In this document: in pieces, positions 25,725-37,729 of the stretch
Layout: each line of letters begins with the position of its first letter
How positions within the stretch are numbered: position 1 is the stretch's first letter
NCBI GenBank assembly: GCA_965238175.1
Contig: CBDEGZ010000003.1
Span: 864,001-928,000, forward strand
From: Gammaproteobacteria bacterium
GTDB lineage: Bacteria; Pseudomonadota; Gammaproteobacteria; CAJXQU01
Direction of reading: 5' to 3'
Length of the DNA: 64,000 bases
Notes under the pieces: generated by a model
The model's database searches: none
What the model was told of the DNA's origin: nothing
The model's input: only the letters and a program-made list of their open reading frames with translations
Made by a program: the position numbers and the translations under genes

Positions 25725-26017
25725 ATAGAGAGCAATTAAGCAGTATTTTGTTGTCACCACGAATTTCGGAAAAGACTGCCCGACTTGCTGATACGGCAAA
25801 TCAGTATGTGTTTGATGTGTCTAAATCAGCAACAAAACCCGATATAAAAAAAGCAGTGGAAATAATGTTTGACGTTGAGGTTGCATCTGTTCAAGTTGCT
25901 AACCTAAAAGGTAAAACAAAGATATTTAAGAGACGAACTGGTAAGAGAACAGACGTAAAGAAAGCGTATGTTCGATTGAAACCAGGTTCTGAAATCGAAT
26001 TTATAGCACCTGAGTAA
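25721..26017 (+). CDS. rplW: 50S ribosomal protein L23
   Basis: PRISEK, KKAYVRL; operon position. Confidence 0.97.
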   Translation: MNREQLSSILLSPRISEKTARLADTANQYVFDVSKSATKPDIKKAVEIMFDVEVASVQVANLKGKTKIFKRRTGKRTDVKKAYVRLKPGSEIEFIAPE

Positions 26018-26035
26018 GGATAAGGTTACAAACTA

Positions 26036-26863
26036 ATGGCACTTGTAAAAGCAAAACCAACATCGCCAGGACGCCGAGGTCTTGTACGGGTTGCGACACC
26101 CGAACTTCACAAAGGTGAACCATATCGTCCGCTGTTAGAACAACAATCTAAAAAGTCTGGGCGAAATAACAATGGTCGAATTACTGTACGACATCGAGGT
26201 GGTGGCCATAAACAACGTTACCGTATTATCGATTTCAAACGTAACAAAGACGATATCGTAGCTAGCGTTGAGCGCATTGAATACGATCCAAATCGCACGG
26301 CTCATATCGCACTTCTGTCATACGCAGATGGTGAAAAACGATATGTAATTGCTGCGAAGGGTATGAAAGCAGGTGATGAAGTGTCTTCAGGCGTTTCAGC
26401 AGCAATTAAAATAGGGAATACCCTTCCACTAAGGAGTATACCTGTAGGTAGTACAGTTCATTGTGTAGAACTTAAACCTAACAAAGGTGCGCAGATTGCA
26501 CGAAGTGCTGGTACATCAGTACAACTTGTTGCAAGAGAAGGCGCTCATGCCACTCTGAGATTAAGATCTGGTGAGATGAGAAAGGTTTTGGTAGATTGCC
26601 GTGCAACTATTGGTGAGGTTAGTAATAGTGAGCATTCATTACGTTCATTAGGTAAAGCGGGTGCTACACGTTGGAGAGGTGTCAGACCTACCGTCAGAGG
26701 TGTAGCAATGAATCCGGTAGATCATCCACATGGTGGTGGTGAAGGTAGAACATCTGGTGGCCGCCATCCAGTTAGTCCGTGGGGCTTACCTACCAAAGGT
26801 AAGAAAACTAGAAAGAACAAACGAACTGACAAGTTAATTGTTAGACGCAGAAGTAAGAGATAA
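26036..26863 (+). CDS. rplB: 50S ribosomal protein L2
   Basis: [17 protein letters not shown]. Confidence 0.99.
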   Translation: MALVKAKPTSPGRRGLVRVATPELHKGEPYRPLLEQQSKKSGRNNNGRITVRHRGGGHKQRYRIIDFKRNKDDIVASVERIEYDPNRTAHIALLSYADGEKRYVIAAKGMKAGDEVSSGVSAAIKIGNTLPLRSIPVGSTVHCVELKPNKGAQIARSAGTSVQLVAREGAHATLRLRSGEMRKVLVDCRATIGEVSNSEHSLRSLGKAGATRWRGVRPTVRGVAMNPVDHPHGGGEGRTSGGRHPVSPWGLPTKGKKTRKNKRTDKLIVRRRSKR

Positions 26864-26878
26864 TTAGGAGTAATAGCG

Positions 26879-27151
26879 GTGGCACGTTCCATAAAGAAAG
26901 GCCCATTTGTTGATCATCATCTTCAAGCTAAGATTGAAAAGGCGAGAGAGACAAACGACAAAAAACCAATCAAAACCTGGTCTCGGCGTTCCATGGTATT
27001 ACCAGACATGTTGGGATTAACGATTGCTGTACACAATGGTCGCCAACACATGCCAGTGTTCGTTACAGAGAATATGGTTGGACATAAACTAGGTGAGTTT
27101 GCGATGACGCGTACTTATCGTGGTCATGTAGCTGATAGAAAAGCCAAATAA
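26879..27151 (+). CDS. rpsS: 30S ribosomal protein S19
   Basis: [19 protein letters not shown]. Confidence 0.99.
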   Translation: MARSIKKGPFVDHHLQAKIEKARETNDKKPIKTWSRRSMVLPDMLGLTIAVHNGRQHMPVFVTENMVGHKLGEFAMTRTYRGHVADRKAK

Positions 27152-27168
27152 AGAGAAAGGTAAGAATT

Positions 27169-27504
27169 GTGGAAACTGTAGCAAAACTAAAACACGCAAG
27201 GATATCAGCTCAAAAGGCCAGGTTAGTCGCGGATCAAATCAGAGGTTTGAATGTTGATCAGGCAATTAACCTTTTGACTTTTAGCACAAAAAAAGGTGCC
27301 GGTATTATTAAAAAAATACTTGAGTCAGCAATTGCAAATGCAGAGCATAATGATGGCGCAGATATAGATGAATTAATCGTCAGCAAAATCCATGTAGATG
27401 AAGGCCCGATATCCAAGCGTTTTAGAGCTAGAGCGAAAGGTCGTGGTAATAGAATTTTAAAACGAACCAGCCATATTACGCTGGCTGTAGAAGAGCAGAC
27501 TTAG
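27169..27504 (+). CDS. rplV: 50S ribosomal protein L22
   Basis: [26 protein letters not shown]. Confidence 0.98.
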   Translation: METVAKLKHARISAQKARLVADQIRGLNVDQAINLLTFSTKKGAGIIKKILESAIANAEHNDGADIDELIVSKIHVDEGPISKRFRARAKGRGNRILKRTSHITLAVEEQT

Positions 27505-27513
27505 AGAGAACTT

Positions 27514-28194
27514 ATGGGACAGAAAGTACATCCAACAGGCATTCGACTTGGTATTGTGAAAGACTGGAATTCGACTTGGTATGCAGATAATCGTAACTAT
27601 GCGGAATATCTAAACACAGATTTGAAAGTCAGAGAGTTCTTACAGAATAAGTTAAAACATGCGTCAGTAAGTCATATTCAAATTGAACGGCCTGCAAACA
27701 ATGCTCGTATTATTATTCACACTGCTAGACCTGGAATTGTGATCGGTAAAAAAGGTGAAGATATAGAACAGTTAAGGAAAATAGTTTCTTCAATGATGGG
27801 GGTGCCCGCTCATGTAAGCGTTGAAGAAATCAGAAAACCAGAATTAGATGCATATTTAGTTGCTGAAGGTATTGCAAATCAGCTTGAGCGTCGTATTATG
27901 TTTCGCCGCGCAATGAAGCGAGCAGTTACAAATGCTATGCGTTTAGGTGCAGAAGGAATACGTATAAATGTTGCGGGTCGTCTAAATGGGGTCGAGATTG
28001 CGAGAACACAATGGTATAGAGAAGGTCGAGTACCTCTACATACATTAAGAGCCGATATTGACTATGGTACAGCTGAAGCGTTGACTACCTATGGAATAAT
28101 TGGAATTAAAGTCTGGATTTTTAAAGGTGAAATAGTCGACAAGGTCGAAGAAATTGCACCAATAGAAACAGAAGAAAGTAGCAAAGCTGGGTAA
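27514..28194 (+). CDS. rpsC: 30S ribosomal protein S3
   Basis: [27 protein letters not shown]. Confidence 0.99.
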   Translation: MGQKVHPTGIRLGIVKDWNSTWYADNRNYAEYLNTDLKVREFLQNKLKHASVSHIQIERPANNARIIIHTARPGIVIGKKGEDIEQLRKIVSSMMGVPAHVSVEEIRKPELDAYLVAEGIANQLERRIMFRRAMKRAVTNAMRLGAEGIRINVAGRLNGVEIARTQWYREGRVPLHTLRADIDYGTAEALTTYGIIGIKVWIFKGEIVDKVEEIAPIETEESSKAG

Positions 28195-28208
28195 ACAGGA
28201 GACTCTTA

Positions 28209-28622
28209 ATGCTGCAACCTAAGCGAACTAAATTTAGAAAACAACAAAAAGGAAGGAACCGAGGGCTCGCGTTACGTGGGAACAAGGTAAGTTTCGGTGA
28301 GTTTGGTCTTAAATCTACTACTCGTGGAAGAATAACTTCTAGGCAGATAGAAGCTGCTAGACGGGCTATAACTAGGCATGTGAAGCGTGGTGCTAAAGTT
28401 TGGATAAGGGTATTTCCAGACAAGCCAATTACTAAAAAGCCACTTGAAGTACGACAAGGTAAGGGTAAAGGTAATGTTGAGTATTGGGTAGCCGAAATTC
28501 AACCGGGTAAAGTACTTTATGAAATAGAAGGTGTCGATGAAGAGTTGGCACGTGAAGCATTCAGATTGGCCGCTGCCAAACTTCCTGTAAGAACAACTTT
28601 TACTATTAGGACAGTATTGTAA
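28209..28622 (+). CDS. rplP: 50S ribosomal protein L16
   Basis: [16 protein letters not shown]. Confidence 0.99.
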   Translation: MLQPKRTKFRKQQKGRNRGLALRGNKVSFGEFGLKSTTRGRITSRQIEAARRAITRHVKRGAKVWIRVFPDKPITKKPLEVRQGKGKGNVEYWVAEIQPGKVLYEIEGVDEELAREAFRLAAAKLPVRTTFTIRTVL

Positions 28623-28816
28623 TGGAAGCTAAAGAATTGAAATCAAAGAATTCAGAAGAGCTAGAAAGATTACTTCTGGATCTCAGAAAAGAACAGTTTA
28701 GTTTACGTATGCAGCAAGGTACAGGTCAGGCTAATCATCCGCATTTATTCAAAAATTTGCGAAAAGATATTGCTAGAGTAAAAACTGTCTTGAATGAAAA
28801 CAATTCTGGTAACTAG
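28622..28816 (+). CDS. rpmC: 50S ribosomal protein L29
   Basis: [17 protein letters not shown]. Confidence 0.97.
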   Translation: MEAKELKSKNSEELERLLLDLRKEQFSLRMQQGTGQANHPHLFKNLRKDIARVKTVLNENNSGN

Positions 28817-28817
28817 A

Positions 28818-29084
28818 ATGACTGAAGAAACTAAAACAGCTAAAACAGTGATTGGTGAAGTCGTAAGTAACGGTATGGAGAAATCAATAACTGTTAAAGT
28901 AGAGCGTCAGGTAAAACACCCTCTTTATAAAAAGTACATAAAGAGATCCACAAAATTGATGGCTCACGATGAGAACAATGAGTGTAATGTTGGCGACACA
29001 GTTGCTATTGAGGCATGTCGGCCATTATCGAAACAAAAATGTTGGCGGTTACAAAAAGTTGTGGAAAAAGCTGCACAACTATAA
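28818..29084 (+). CDS. rpsQ: 30S ribosomal protein S17
   Basis: [23 protein letters not shown]; ATG 28818. Confidence 0.97.
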   Translation: MTEETKTAKTVIGEVVSNGMEKSITVKVERQVKHPLYKKYIKRSTKLMAHDENNECNVGDTVAIEACRPLSKQKCWRLQKVVEKAAQL

Positions 29085-29147
29085 AGCAGACATAATGTTA
29101 TATATATTCAGGTTCAACCTGATCAAAAAGTTTAGCGGAGAAATTCA

Positions 29148-29516
29148 ATGATACAGATGCAGTCAATGCTTGATGCCGCAGATAATAGCGGTGCGCGACG
29201 ATTGATGTGTATCAAGGTGCTTGGAGGTTCAGGCATACGTTACGCGGCTATCGGTGATGTTATAAAAGTCACAGTAAAAGAGGCTATACCTCGAGGTAAA
29301 GTAAAAAAAGGCGATGTATACAACGCAGTTGTTGTACGTACTCGTAAAGGAGTTAGGCGGCCAGATGGTTCTTTGATACGATTTGATGGTAACGCAGCTG
29401 TTTTACTAGACAAACAATTAAATCCAATTGGTACTCGAATTTTTGGTCCAGTGACGCGTGAACTAAGAAGTGAAAAATTCATGAGAATCGTCTCGTTAGC
29501 ACCTGAAGTACTTTAA
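29148..29516 (+). CDS. rplN: 50S ribosomal protein L14
   Basis: [22 protein letters not shown]. Confidence 0.99.
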   Translation: MIQMQSMLDAADNSGARRLMCIKVLGGSGIRYAAIGDVIKVTVKEAIPRGKVKKGDVYNAVVVRTRKGVRRPDGSLIRFDGNAAVLLDKQLNPIGTRIFGPVTRELRSEKFMRIVSLAPEVL

Positions 29517-29533
29517 GGTTCGTAGAAATAGTT

Positions 29534-29851
29534 ATGAATAAAATAATTAAAGGTGATGAAGTTGTTGTTCTTACTGGCAGAAATAAAGGAGCCAGGGGAG
29601 CAGTATTACAAATCGTTTCAACAGATACAGTAATTGTTGAAAATGTAAATCTCATTAAAAAACACACAAAACCTAATCCTCAAGTAGGTGAGCCAGGTGG
29701 CATTGTAGAAAAGGAGGCGGCCATTAATATTTCCAATGTCGCAATCTACAATCCAGCGACGGGAAAATCTGACAGAGTGGGAATAAAAATACTTGAAGAT
29801 GGGAAAAAAGTTAGATATTTCAAATCGAATAACGAAGTTGTTGATATCTGA
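29534..29851 (+). CDS. rplX: 50S ribosomal protein L24
   Basis: [13 protein letters not shown] motif, GGIVEKEA. Confidence 0.98.
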   Translation: MNKIIKGDEVVVLTGRNKGARGAVLQIVSTDTVIVENVNLIKKHTKPNPQVGEPGGIVEKEAAINISNVAIYNPATGKSDRVGIKILEDGKKVRYFKSNNEVVDI

Positions 29852-29866
29852 TATACAGGCTGAATT

Positions 29867-30406
29867 ATGACTAGATTACAACAAACCTATAAAGAGACTA
29901 TTGTACCTAAACTACAAGAACAGTTTGGTTTCAAAAGTTCTATGGAAATACCTAAAATTACTAAAGTCACACTTAATATGGGTTTGGGTGAAGCTGTTAC
30001 TGATAAAAAGGTAATTGAGCACGCTGTGAGAGATTTGGAAAACATATCAGGTCAAAAAGCTCAAGTAATAATGGCTAAGAAATCTGTTGCGAACTTCAAA
30101 ATTAGAGAAGGGTGGCCAAACGGAGCAAAAGTAACATTGCGAAGAGAGCGAATGTATGAATTTCTTGATCGTTTGATCAGTGTTTCTATTCCACGTATTC
30201 GTGATTTTAGAGGGCTTAATGGTAAATCATTCGATGGACGTGGCAATTATTCTTTCGGAGTAAAAGAGCAGATCATTTTCCCTGAAATCGATTACGATAA
30301 AATAGATACATTGCGTGGACTCGACATATGTATAACAACAACTGCTAAAAACGATGAAGAAGGTCGGGCACTGTTAAGTGCGTTCAACTTTCCGATCAAA
30401 AGCTAA
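29867..30406 (+). CDS. rplE: 50S ribosomal protein L5
   Basis: [15 protein letters not shown]. Confidence 0.99.
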   Translation: MTRLQQTYKETIVPKLQEQFGFKSSMEIPKITKVTLNMGLGEAVTDKKVIEHAVRDLENISGQKAQVIMAKKSVANFKIREGWPNGAKVTLRRERMYEFLDRLISVSIPRIRDFRGLNGKSFDGRGNYSFGVKEQIIFPEIDYDKIDTLRGLDICITTTAKNDEEGRALLSAFNFPIKS

Positions 30407-30427
30407 TTTTTCGGAGTAAAGTTTCTA

Positions 30428-30733
30428 ATGGCAAAGTCATCCATGGTAAATAGAGAGCGAAAAAGAGCTCGTCTAGTAAAGCAATATTCAACAAAACGTG
30501 CAAAACTCAAAGCAATGTCAATAGACGAAAATCTGAGTGAAGAAGAGAGAATTAAAGCTAGAGTTGATCTGCAAAAACTACCAAGAGACTCAAGTGCCTC
30601 AAGAAAAAGAAATCGTTGCCAAGTTACAGGCAGACCACATGGGTACTATCGTAAATTTGGTCTATCTAGAAATAGATTGCGTATAGCGGCAATGAATGGT
30701 GATGTCCCAGGTTTGGTTAAGGCAAGTTGGTAG
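30428..30733 (+). CDS. rpsN: 30S ribosomal protein S14 (long, non-zinc type)
   Basis: [20 protein letters not shown]. Confidence 0.98.
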   Translation: MAKSSMVNRERKRARLVKQYSTKRAKLKAMSIDENLSEEERIKARVDLQKLPRDSSASRKRNRCQVTGRPHGYYRKFGLSRNRLRIAAMNGDVPGLVKASW

Positions 30734-30769
30734 AGATAGATAATTAATATAGATTACGGAAGTTTAATT

Positions 30770-31165
30770 ATGAGTATGCAAGACCCAATTTCAGATATGT
30801 TAACTCAAATACGCAATGGGCTTAGTGCTTCAAAACGTTCGGTTACTTTACCTGCATCTAGTAAAAAAGTTCGAATAGCAAACCTTTTAAAAGAAGAAGG
30901 ATACATAACAGATTGCACTACTGACACAGTAGATAAGAAACCCGTTATGACTATAGAACTTAAATATCAAGATGATAAGCCTGTAATAGATATGATTAAA
31001 AGAGTTAGCAAACCTAGTCGACGAGTTTATTGTGGCAGTAACGAACTTCCAGAAGTACAAGGCGGTTTTGGTGTTGCAGTTATTTCTACATCAGAAGGTG
31101 TGATGAGTGACCGAGTAGCGCGTAAGCGCGGTATCGGTGGTGAAGTCATCTGTGCTGTATATTAA
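30770..31165 (+). CDS. rpsH: 30S ribosomal protein S8
   Basis: MQDPISDMLT, IGGEVIC. Confidence 0.98.
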   Translation: MSMQDPISDMLTQIRNGLSASKRSVTLPASSKKVRIANLLKEEGYITDCTTDTVDKKPVMTIELKYQDDKPVIDMIKRVSKPSRRVYCGSNELPEVQGGFGVAVISTSEGVMSDRVARKRGIGGEVICAVY

Positions 31166-31189
31166 AACTAATTAATGGAAAGATAAGAG

Positions 31190-31723
31190 ATGTCTCGTGT
31201 ATCTAACAACCCAGTTTCTCTCCCTACAGGTGTTAAAGTAGGCTTGTCTGGACAGAATATAAAAATCGAAGGCTCGAAAGGATCACTTGAGCATGCAGTT
31301 CATGATTTAGTCAAAGTTATTCAAGAAGATGCAAGTTTAAAGTTCTCAGCTAATAGCTCTTCGAAACAAGCAAATGCACTTGCCGGTACAACACGAGCGG
31401 TTGTACAAAATATGGTTACTGGTGTTTCAGATGGTTTTGAAAAGAAGCTTGAAATAAACGGAGTTGGTTATCGTGCACAAGTACAGGGTAAAGTGCTAAA
31501 CCTCACTCTTGGTTTATCTCATCCAGTAAATTATGAAATTCCTGATGGTATTTCAATTGAGGCACCAAGCCAGACTGAGATTATTGTTAAAGGAATTGAT
31601 AAACAGAAAGTAGGTCAGGTTTCAGCAGAAATTCGTGCCTACAGAAGACCAGAACCATATAAAGGTAAAGGTATTAAATATGCGGATGAAGTCATCGTTC
31701 GTAAGGAAGCGAAAAAGGCCTAG
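31190..31723 (+). CDS. rplF: 50S ribosomal protein L6
   Basis: GVGYRA, PEPYKGKG. Confidence 0.98.
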   Translation: MSRVSNNPVSLPTGVKVGLSGQNIKIEGSKGSLEHAVHDLVKVIQEDASLKFSANSSSKQANALAGTTRAVVQNMVTGVSDGFEKKLEINGVGYRAQVQGKVLNLTLGLSHPVNYEIPDGISIEAPSQTEIIVKGIDKQKVGQVSAEIRAYRRPEPYKGKGIKYADEVIVRKEAKKA

Positions 31724-31732
31724 GTAAAAGAA

Positions 31733-32086
31733 ATGAGTAAAAAAGCTTCAAGAATACGCCGTTCAGTAAAGACACGTGCAAAAATTAAAGAGTTGAGAAT
31801 ACACAGGTTAACTGTGCACCGAACTCCAAGGCATATATATGCACAAATTATTGCACCAGACAATGGCTCAGTAGTCGCATGTGCATCATCGTTAGATAAA
31901 GAAGTGAAGGCTGATATCAAAAATGGTGGCAACGTCGATGCGGCAATATTTGTAGGAAAAGTAATTGCTGCTCGCAGCGTAAAATCGGGTGTTGAATCGG
32001 TCGCATTTGATCGATCAGGTTTTAAATATCATGGTCGTGTAAAAGCTCTAGCTGACGCTGCGCGCGAAGCTGGTCTGAAGTTCTAG
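31733..32086 (+). CDS. rplR: 50S ribosomal protein L18
   Basis: [19 protein letters not shown]. Confidence 0.98.
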   Translation: MSKKASRIRRSVKTRAKIKELRIHRLTVHRTPRHIYAQIIAPDNGSVVACASSLDKEVKADIKNGGNVDAAIFVGKVIAARSVKSGVESVAFDRSGFKYHGRVKALADAAREAGLKF

Positions 32087-32111
32087 TTGAATACTAGGGA
32101 AAAGGTAAATT

Positions 32112-32612
32112 ATGGCAGTTAATACAGAACAAGGTGAAGGTTACATAGAAAAATTGGTTCATGTGAATCGCGTAGCTAAAGTAGTCAAAGGTGGCCGAAT
32201 TTTTGGTTTCTCTGCCCTAACAGTCGTTGGTGATGGTGAAGGTAAAGTTGGTTTCGGAAGAGGCAAGGCTCGAGAGGTTCCTGTTGCTATCCAAAAAGCA
32301 ATGGAAAACGCACGGCGAAATATGAAAAAAGTTCCACTTAAAGAAGGAACGCTTCAATATTCAATCACCTCTGAATTTGGTGCGGCTAAAGTTCATATGC
32401 AACCAGCATCAGAAGGAACCGGGATAATTGCCGGTGGTCCAATGCGCGCTGTTTTCGAAGCTGTTGGTATACACAATGTTCTTGCCAAGTGCATCGGTAC
32501 AAATAATCCGATTAACGTAGTTCGTGCTACTATCAAAGGTCTTGTTGAAATGAATGATCCGAACTATTACGCCAGCAAGCGTGGAAAAACAGTAGAAGAA
32601 ATTACGGAATAA
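32112..32612 (+). CDS. rpsE: 30S ribosomal protein S5
   Basis: [18 protein letters not shown]. Confidence 0.99.
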   Translation: MAVNTEQGEGYIEKLVHVNRVAKVVKGGRIFGFSALTVVGDGEGKVGFGRGKAREVPVAIQKAMENARRNMKKVPLKEGTLQYSITSEFGAAKVHMQPASEGTGIIAGGPMRAVFEAVGIHNVLAKCIGTNNPINVVRATIKGLVEMNDPNYYASKRGKTVEEITE

Positions 32613-32614
32613 TA

Positions 32615-32803
32615 ATGGCTAAGCAAAACGAACTGAAAGTAACTTTGTTGAAAAGTTTGAATGGTCGAAAGGTATCTCACAAGGCTTGTGTTAGAGGCTT
32701 AGGGCTAAGACGCATTCGTCACAGTGTTGTTGTGGCAGATACTCCTGAAAACCGTGGGATGATCAATGCAGTGACGTATTTGTTACAGGTTGAGGAAGTA
32801 TAA
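32615..32803 (+). CDS. rpmD: 50S ribosomal protein L30
   Basis: [16 protein letters not shown]. Confidence 0.97.
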   Translation: MAKQNELKVTLLKSLNGRKVSHKACVRGLGLRRIRHSVVVADTPENRGMINAVTYLLQVEEV

Positions 32804-32804
32804 A

Positions 32805-33239
32805 ATGCAATTAAATACGATTAAGCCAAGTGCAGGCGCAAAACGATCTCGAAAAAGAGTTGGACGAGGGATCGGTTGTGGTCAAGGTAAAACTTGTGGT
32901 CGAGGTCATAAAGGACAACATTCAAGATCTGGTGGTTATCATAAAGTTGGTTTTGAAGGTGGTCAAATGCCATTACAACGACGCCTTCCTAAATTTGGTT
33001 TTAGATCTAGAAAGTCTCTAACAAGAGCAGAGATCAGGTTAAACGAACTTGTTATTGCAAATGTGGATGTGGTTGATCTAGATGCATTAAAAAACGCCGA
33101 CATTATTTCTAATAAAATTAAAACAGTAAAAGTAATCCTATCTGGCGAAATTAATAAAGCAATTACACTGAAAGGAATTAAAGCAACAAAAGGTGCTAAA
33201 GAAGCTATCGAGGCTGCTGGCGGGAATTTGGAAAACTAG
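32805..33239 (+). CDS. rplO: 50S ribosomal protein L15
   Basis: [25 protein letters not shown]; ATG 32805. Confidence 0.98.
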   Translation: MQLNTIKPSAGAKRSRKRVGRGIGCGQGKTCGRGHKGQHSRSGGYHKVGFEGGQMPLQRRLPKFGFRSRKSLTRAEIRLNELVIANVDVVDLDALKNADIISNKIKTVKVILSGEINKAITLKGIKATKGAKEAIEAAGGNLEN

Positions 33240-34585
33240 TGGCAAAAAAGAAACAACAAGCAGCATTACCAGGCGGGTTATCAGGTGTTGGTGAGGTGTC
33301 GGAGTTAAGGCAAAGGCTTTTATTTTTATTAGGAGCATTAATTGTATTTAGGATCTGTACTCACATACCGGTACCAGGAATAAACCCTTATGCATTAGCT
33401 GCGTTATTCGAGCAGCAGCGCGGCACCATTTTAGATATGTTTAACATGTTTTCTGGTGGTGCATTAGAAAGGTTCTCAGTAGTTGCCTTAGGAATAATGC
33501 CTTACATTTCTGCATCAATCATAATGCAGTTATTAACGGTTGTTCATCCTAAACTCGAACAATTGAAAAAAGAAGGTGAAGCTGGTCGGAGAAAGATTAC
33601 TCAATACACTCGCTACGGAACAGTTGTATTAGCTACATTCCAAGCTTTAGGGATTGCTATTGCATTAGAAGGACAATCGGCGGGTGCACAAGGGTTAGTT
33701 ATAGATCCTGGAATGGCGTTTAGATTGACAGCTGTAACCACATTAGTGACAGGTACGCTTTTTCTGATGTGGCTAGGAGAGCAGATCACTGAACGAGGCA
33801 TTGGTAATGGCATATCAATAATTATTTTTGCTGGAATTGTGGCAGGTTTACCAGCTGCAATTGGTGGAACATTAGAGTTAGCAAGAACTGGTGAATTGCA
33901 TTGGTTGATGGTGTTTGGTCTGTTTGGACTTGCTTTATTAGTGACTGCATTTGTAATTTTTGTCGAAAGAGCACAAAGAAGAATTACGGTTAATTATGCG
34001 AAAAAGCAGGTCGGGCGGAAAATGTATGGTGGGCAATCTAGTCATCTACCATTGAAATTAAATATGGCTGGTGTTATTCCACCAATTTTCGCATCTAGTA
34101 TTATTTTATTTCCGAGTACTATTGCAGGTTGGTTTGGAAGTAAAGATGGCATGGGTTGGCTGAAGGATATTAGTACAACACTTTCACCAGGTCAGCCACT
34201 TTACGTAATGTTTTATGCAGCTGCGATAATATTTTTCTGTTTCTTTTATACAGCATTGGTTTTTAATCCACGAGAAACTGCGGACAATTTAAAGAAGTCT
34301 GGTGCATTTATCCCTGGAATAAGACCTGGTGAACAAACATCAAATTATATTGACGGTGTAATGACACGGCTGACAATGGCCGGTGCTATATATATAACCT
34401 TGGTTTGCTTGCTACCAGAGTTCTTAATATTAAAATTCAATGTGCCATTTTATTTTGGTGGCACATCATTACTGATAATTGTTGTTGTGGTTATGGACTT
34501 TATGGCTCAAGTTCAATCCCATCTAATGTCACATCAATATGAAGGTCTGATGAAAAAGGCTAACCTAAAAGGTTATGGTCGTTAA
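33239..34585 (+). CDS. secY: Preprotein translocase subunit SecY
   Basis: [36 protein letters not shown]. Confidence 0.99.
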   Translation: MAKKKQQAALPGGLSGVGEVSELRQRLLFLLGALIVFRICTHIPVPGINPYALAALFEQQRGTILDMFNMFSGGALERFSVVALGIMPYISASIIMQLLTVVHPKLEQLKKEGEAGRRKITQYTRYGTVVLATFQALGIAIALEGQSAGAQGLVIDPGMAFRLTAVTTLVTGTLFLMWLGEQITERGIGNGISIIIFAGIVAGLPAAIGGTLELARTGELHWLMVFGLFGLALLVTAFVIFVERAQRRITVNYAKKQVGRKMYGGQSSHLPLKLNMAGVIPPIFASSIILFPSTIAGWFGSKDGMGWLKDISTTLSPGQPLYVMFYAAAIIFFCFFYTALVFNPRETADNLKKSGAFIPGIRPGEQTSNYIDGVMTRLTMAGAIYITLVCLLPEFLILKFNVPFYFGGTSLLIIVVVVMDFMAQVQSHLMSHQYEGLMKKANLKGYGR

Positions 34586-34604
34586 GGTTGTTTGAGGAAT
34601 AGAA

Positions 34605-34718
34605 ATGAAAGTAAGAGCATCAGTAAAAAAAATGTGCAGAAACTGTAAAGTAGTACGTCGCAAAGGTGTAGTTAGAGTAATTTGCAAAGATGGCAGACAT
34701 AAACAAAGGCAAGGTTAA
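34605..34718 (+). CDS. rpmJ: 50S ribosomal protein L36 (zinc-ribbon type); not in the ORF track
   Basis: Manual translation [37 protein letters not shown]. Confidence 0.97.
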   Translation: MKVRASVKKMCRNCKVVRRKGVVRVICKDGRHKQRQG

Positions 34719-34722
34719 ACCC

Positions 34723-34751
34723 TTGATTAAATGCGCATTAAAGAATAAAAT
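34723..34751 (+). promoter_or_regulatory. Putative alpha-operon promoter
   Basis: TTGATT-17 nt-TAAAAT between rpmJ and rpsM. Confidence 0.6.
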
Positions 34752-34797
34752 TTCGCGCTTTTTCAGTATTAAACGGCAAGGTTAGGAGATTATAAGC

Positions 34798-35154
34798 ATG
34801 GCTCGTGTTGCAGGGGTAAACATCCCGGATCAAAAACACACCGTAATAGCATTAACATATATATACGGTGTTGGGCGTAGTCGAGCTCAAGATATTTGCT
34901 TGAATACAGGAGTTGCTCCGAACCAAAAGGTTAAAGAGTTGACTGAAGAACAGCTTGAAAAGTTAAGAACTGCAGTTGCTAGTTTTCAGGTGGAAGGTGA
35001 TCTTCGTCGAGAAGTTTCAATGAACATTAAACGTCTTATGGATTTAGGCTGCTTCAGAGGTATTCGCCATCGAAGAGGGTTACCTTTACGTGGTCAAAGA
35101 ACGAAGACAAACGCAAGGACTAGAAAAGGTCCTAGAAAGCCAATCCGTAAATAA
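34798..35154 (+). CDS. rpsM: 30S ribosomal protein S13
   Basis: [23 protein letters not shown]. Confidence 0.99.
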   Translation: MARVAGVNIPDQKHTVIALTYIYGVGRSRAQDICLNTGVAPNQKVKELTEEQLEKLRTAVASFQVEGDLRREVSMNIKRLMDLGCFRGIRHRRGLPLRGQRTKTNARTRKGPRKPIRK

Positions 35155-35178
35155 TTAATAGAGCAGGTTTTTGTAAAT

Positions 35179-35568
35179 ATGGCTAAATCACCAGGACGAG
35201 TTAAAAAAAGAGCGAAAAGAACAGTAGTAGATGCTGCAGCTCATGTGCATTCTTCGTTTAATAATACGATTATCACGATTACAGATCGTCAGGGTAATGC
35301 TTTAGGTTGGTCTACTGCTGGAGGTAGTGGATTTCGCGGCTCCCGGAAAAGTACACCATTTGCTGCTCAAGTAGCTGCAGAAAACTTGGCTGATACTATG
35401 AACGAATACGGAATTAAAAATCTTGAAGTTTATATAAAAGGACCTGGGCCTGGCCGTGATTCGGCCGTTCGTGCACTAAACAATGCAGGATTTAAAGTTA
35501 TTAACATAACCGATGTTACACCGATACCACACAATGGGTGTCGGCCACCAAAGAAAAGAAGAGTATAG
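35179..35568 (+). CDS. rpsK: 30S ribosomal protein S11
   Basis: [24 protein letters not shown]. Confidence 0.99.
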   Translation: MAKSPGRVKKRAKRTVVDAAAHVHSSFNNTIITITDRQGNALGWSTAGGSGFRGSRKSTPFAAQVAAENLADTMNEYGIKNLEVYIKGPGPGRDSAVRALNNAGFKVINITDVTPIPHNGCRPPKKRRV

Positions 35569-35580
35569 AGTAGATACCCC

Positions 35581-36204
35581 ATGGCTAGATACATAGGACC
35601 AAAATGTAAGTTAAGTAGACGACACGGTGTCGACCTTTTTTTAAAAAGTCACGCTCGTCCGTTAGAATCTAAATGTCAGCTAGAAAAAGCACCAGGCCAA
35701 CATGGAGATAGCAGACAAAGAAGAATGTCTGATTATGCTGTGCAGCTAAATGAGAAACAAAAATTACGACAGATTTATGGCGTACTTGAGCGTCAGTTTA
35801 GGAATTACTACAAAAAAGCCTCAAAAATAAAAGGCTCTACAGGTGAAAACCTACTTAAACTATTGGAATGTAGATTAGACAACGTTGTGTACCGTATGGG
35901 TTTTGGCGCAACACGTGCTGAATCAAGGCAACTTGTCAGTCACAAGGCTATCTTGGTAAATGGTCAATCTGTAAATATTCCTTCTTATACAGTTAAGGCG
36001 GATGATGTTATTTCGGTTAGAGAAAAAAGTCGTAAACAGGTTCGCATACAAGATTCTTTAGTACTAGCAGAACAATTCGGTATCCCAGAATGGATGCAAG
36101 TGGATGCTAAGAAAATGGAAGGTTTATTTAAATCGGTTCCTGATCGTAGTGATTTACCTGCGGATATCAATGAATCACTTGTTGTCGAATTATATTCTAA
36201 ATAA
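35581..36204 (+). CDS. rpsD: 30S ribosomal protein S4
   Basis: [24 protein letters not shown]. Confidence 0.99.
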   Translation: MARYIGPKCKLSRRHGVDLFLKSHARPLESKCQLEKAPGQHGDSRQRRMSDYAVQLNEKQKLRQIYGVLERQFRNYYKKASKIKGSTGENLLKLLECRLDNVVYRMGFGATRAESRQLVSHKAILVNGQSVNIPSYTVKADDVISVREKSRKQVRIQDSLVLAEQFGIPEWMQVDAKKMEGLFKSVPDRSDLPADINESLVVELYSK

Positions 36205-36227
36205 TACTGGTTAGGAGAGATTACCAT

Positions 36228-37226
36228 ATGGGCACATCCGCTACGGAATTTTTAAAACCACGTGTTGTTGACGTTGAATTTGTCGAAGACAAGGTTGCGA
36301 AGCTAGTTCTTGAGCCACTGGATAGAGGCTTTGGACATACGATGGGGAATGCACTTCGTCGAGTACTTTTATCTTCTATCACTGGTGCAGCTGTTGTAGA
36401 AGTAGAAATTGAAGGTGTTCTTCATGAATATACTACGATTGAAGGCGTACAAGAAGATGTGACAGATATTTTGCTCAATCTCAAAGGTCTCGCAATTGAG
36501 ATGCATGCAAAAGAAGAGTCAACGATAACAATAAACAAGAAAGGTCCAACTAATGTTGTTGCTGGAGATATTACAGTCGATCATGATGTTGAGATAGTAA
36601 ATAAAGAGCATCATATTGCTACTCTCACTGAAGGTGCTGAGCTCAACATGACGATGAAAGTCAAGTCTGGTCGAGGATATGTTGCAGCTACAACACAAGT
36701 AAATGATGAAGACGAAGATCAAGCAATTGGAAGTTTGAAATTAGATGCTTCTTTTAGTCCGATACGCAGAGTTGCTTATGAAGTACAGAGTGCACGTGTT
36801 GATCAAAGAACTGACCTTGATCGTCTCGTTCTGGAAATTGAAACAAATGGTGCGGTTGATCCAGAAGAAGCATTGAAAGGCGCTGTTAAAATACTAATTG
36901 ATCAATTAGCAGTTTTTGTAGATTTAAGTACTATGGAAGCAAGTGTTCCAGAGAAAGAGGAAGAAGTTGAAATTGATCCTATTCTATTACGATCAATTGA
37001 TGATTTAGAATTGACTGTCAGATCAGCCAATTGTCTTAAAGCAGAAAGTATTTGTTACATCGGCGATTTGATACAAAGAACAGAAGTAGAGTTACTGAAG
37101 ACGCCTAATCTTGGTAAGAAGTCATTGACTGAAATTAAGAGTGTACTCGCTGCACGAGGGCTTTCATTAGGTATGCGGCTTGAAAATTGGCCACCAAAAG
37201 ATTTGATCGGTACGCTTACAGCTTAA
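36228..37226 (+). CDS. rpoA: RNA polymerase alpha subunit
   Basis: [30 protein letters not shown]. Confidence 0.99.
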   Translation: MGTSATEFLKPRVVDVEFVEDKVAKLVLEPLDRGFGHTMGNALRRVLLSSITGAAVVEVEIEGVLHEYTTIEGVQEDVTDILLNLKGLAIEMHAKEESTITINKKGPTNVVAGDITVDHDVEIVNKEHHIATLTEGAELNMTMKVKSGRGYVAATTQVNDEDEDQAIGSLKLDASFSPIRRVAYEVQSARVDQRTDLDRLVLEIETNGAVDPEEALKGAVKILIDQLAVFVDLSTMEASVPEKEEEVEIDPILLRSIDDLELTVRSANCLKAESICYIGDLIQRTEVELLKTPNLGKKSLTEIKSVLAARGLSLGMRLENWPPKDLIGTLTA

Positions 37227-37267
37227 TTATTGATCAAAAATAAAGATAACATCAGGAAGTAAAGAAA

Positions 37268-37654
37268 ATGCGCCATTTAAAAAGCGGACGAAAGCTAAAT
37301 AGAAATAGTAGTCATAGAAAAGCTATGTTTAAAAACATGTCTAATTCACTGTTTCGTCATGAACTGATCAAAACAACTTTACCAAAAGCAAAAGAATTAC
37401 GACGCACAGCTGAACCTCTTATTACACTCGCAAAAAAAGATTCGGTTGCTAATCGACGACTTGCCTTTGCTAGATTACGCGATAAAGAAATGGTCGCGAA
37501 ACTTTTTACGGAGCTTGGTCCAAGGTATGCAAATCGTCCTGGTGGATATATCCGAATACTTAAATGTGGTTTCCGAGCTGGTGATGCGGCACCTATGGCA
37601 ATCGTTGAGTTAGTCGATCGTCCAGAAGAAGTTGAAGAGGATATAGAAGAGTAA
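37268..37654 (+). CDS. rplQ: 50S ribosomal protein L17
   Basis: [19 protein letters not shown]. Confidence 0.99.
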   Translation: MRHLKSGRKLNRNSSHRKAMFKNMSNSLFRHELIKTTLPKAKELRRTAEPLITLAKKDSVANRRLAFARLRDKEMVAKLFTELGPRYANRPGGYIRILKCGFRAGDAAPMAIVELVDRPEEVEEDIEE

Positions 37655-37678
37655 AGGTTACCTGGATATATTAAAATT

Positions 37679-37708
37679 AAAAAGCCGGTATAAAACCGGC
37701 TTTTTTTT
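37679..37708. terminator. Rho-independent, potentially bidirectional terminator after rplQ
   Basis: A5-GCCGGT-loop-ACCGGC-T8. Confidence 0.85.
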
Positions 37709-37729
37709 GATCATTCCACTGTTATCAAG

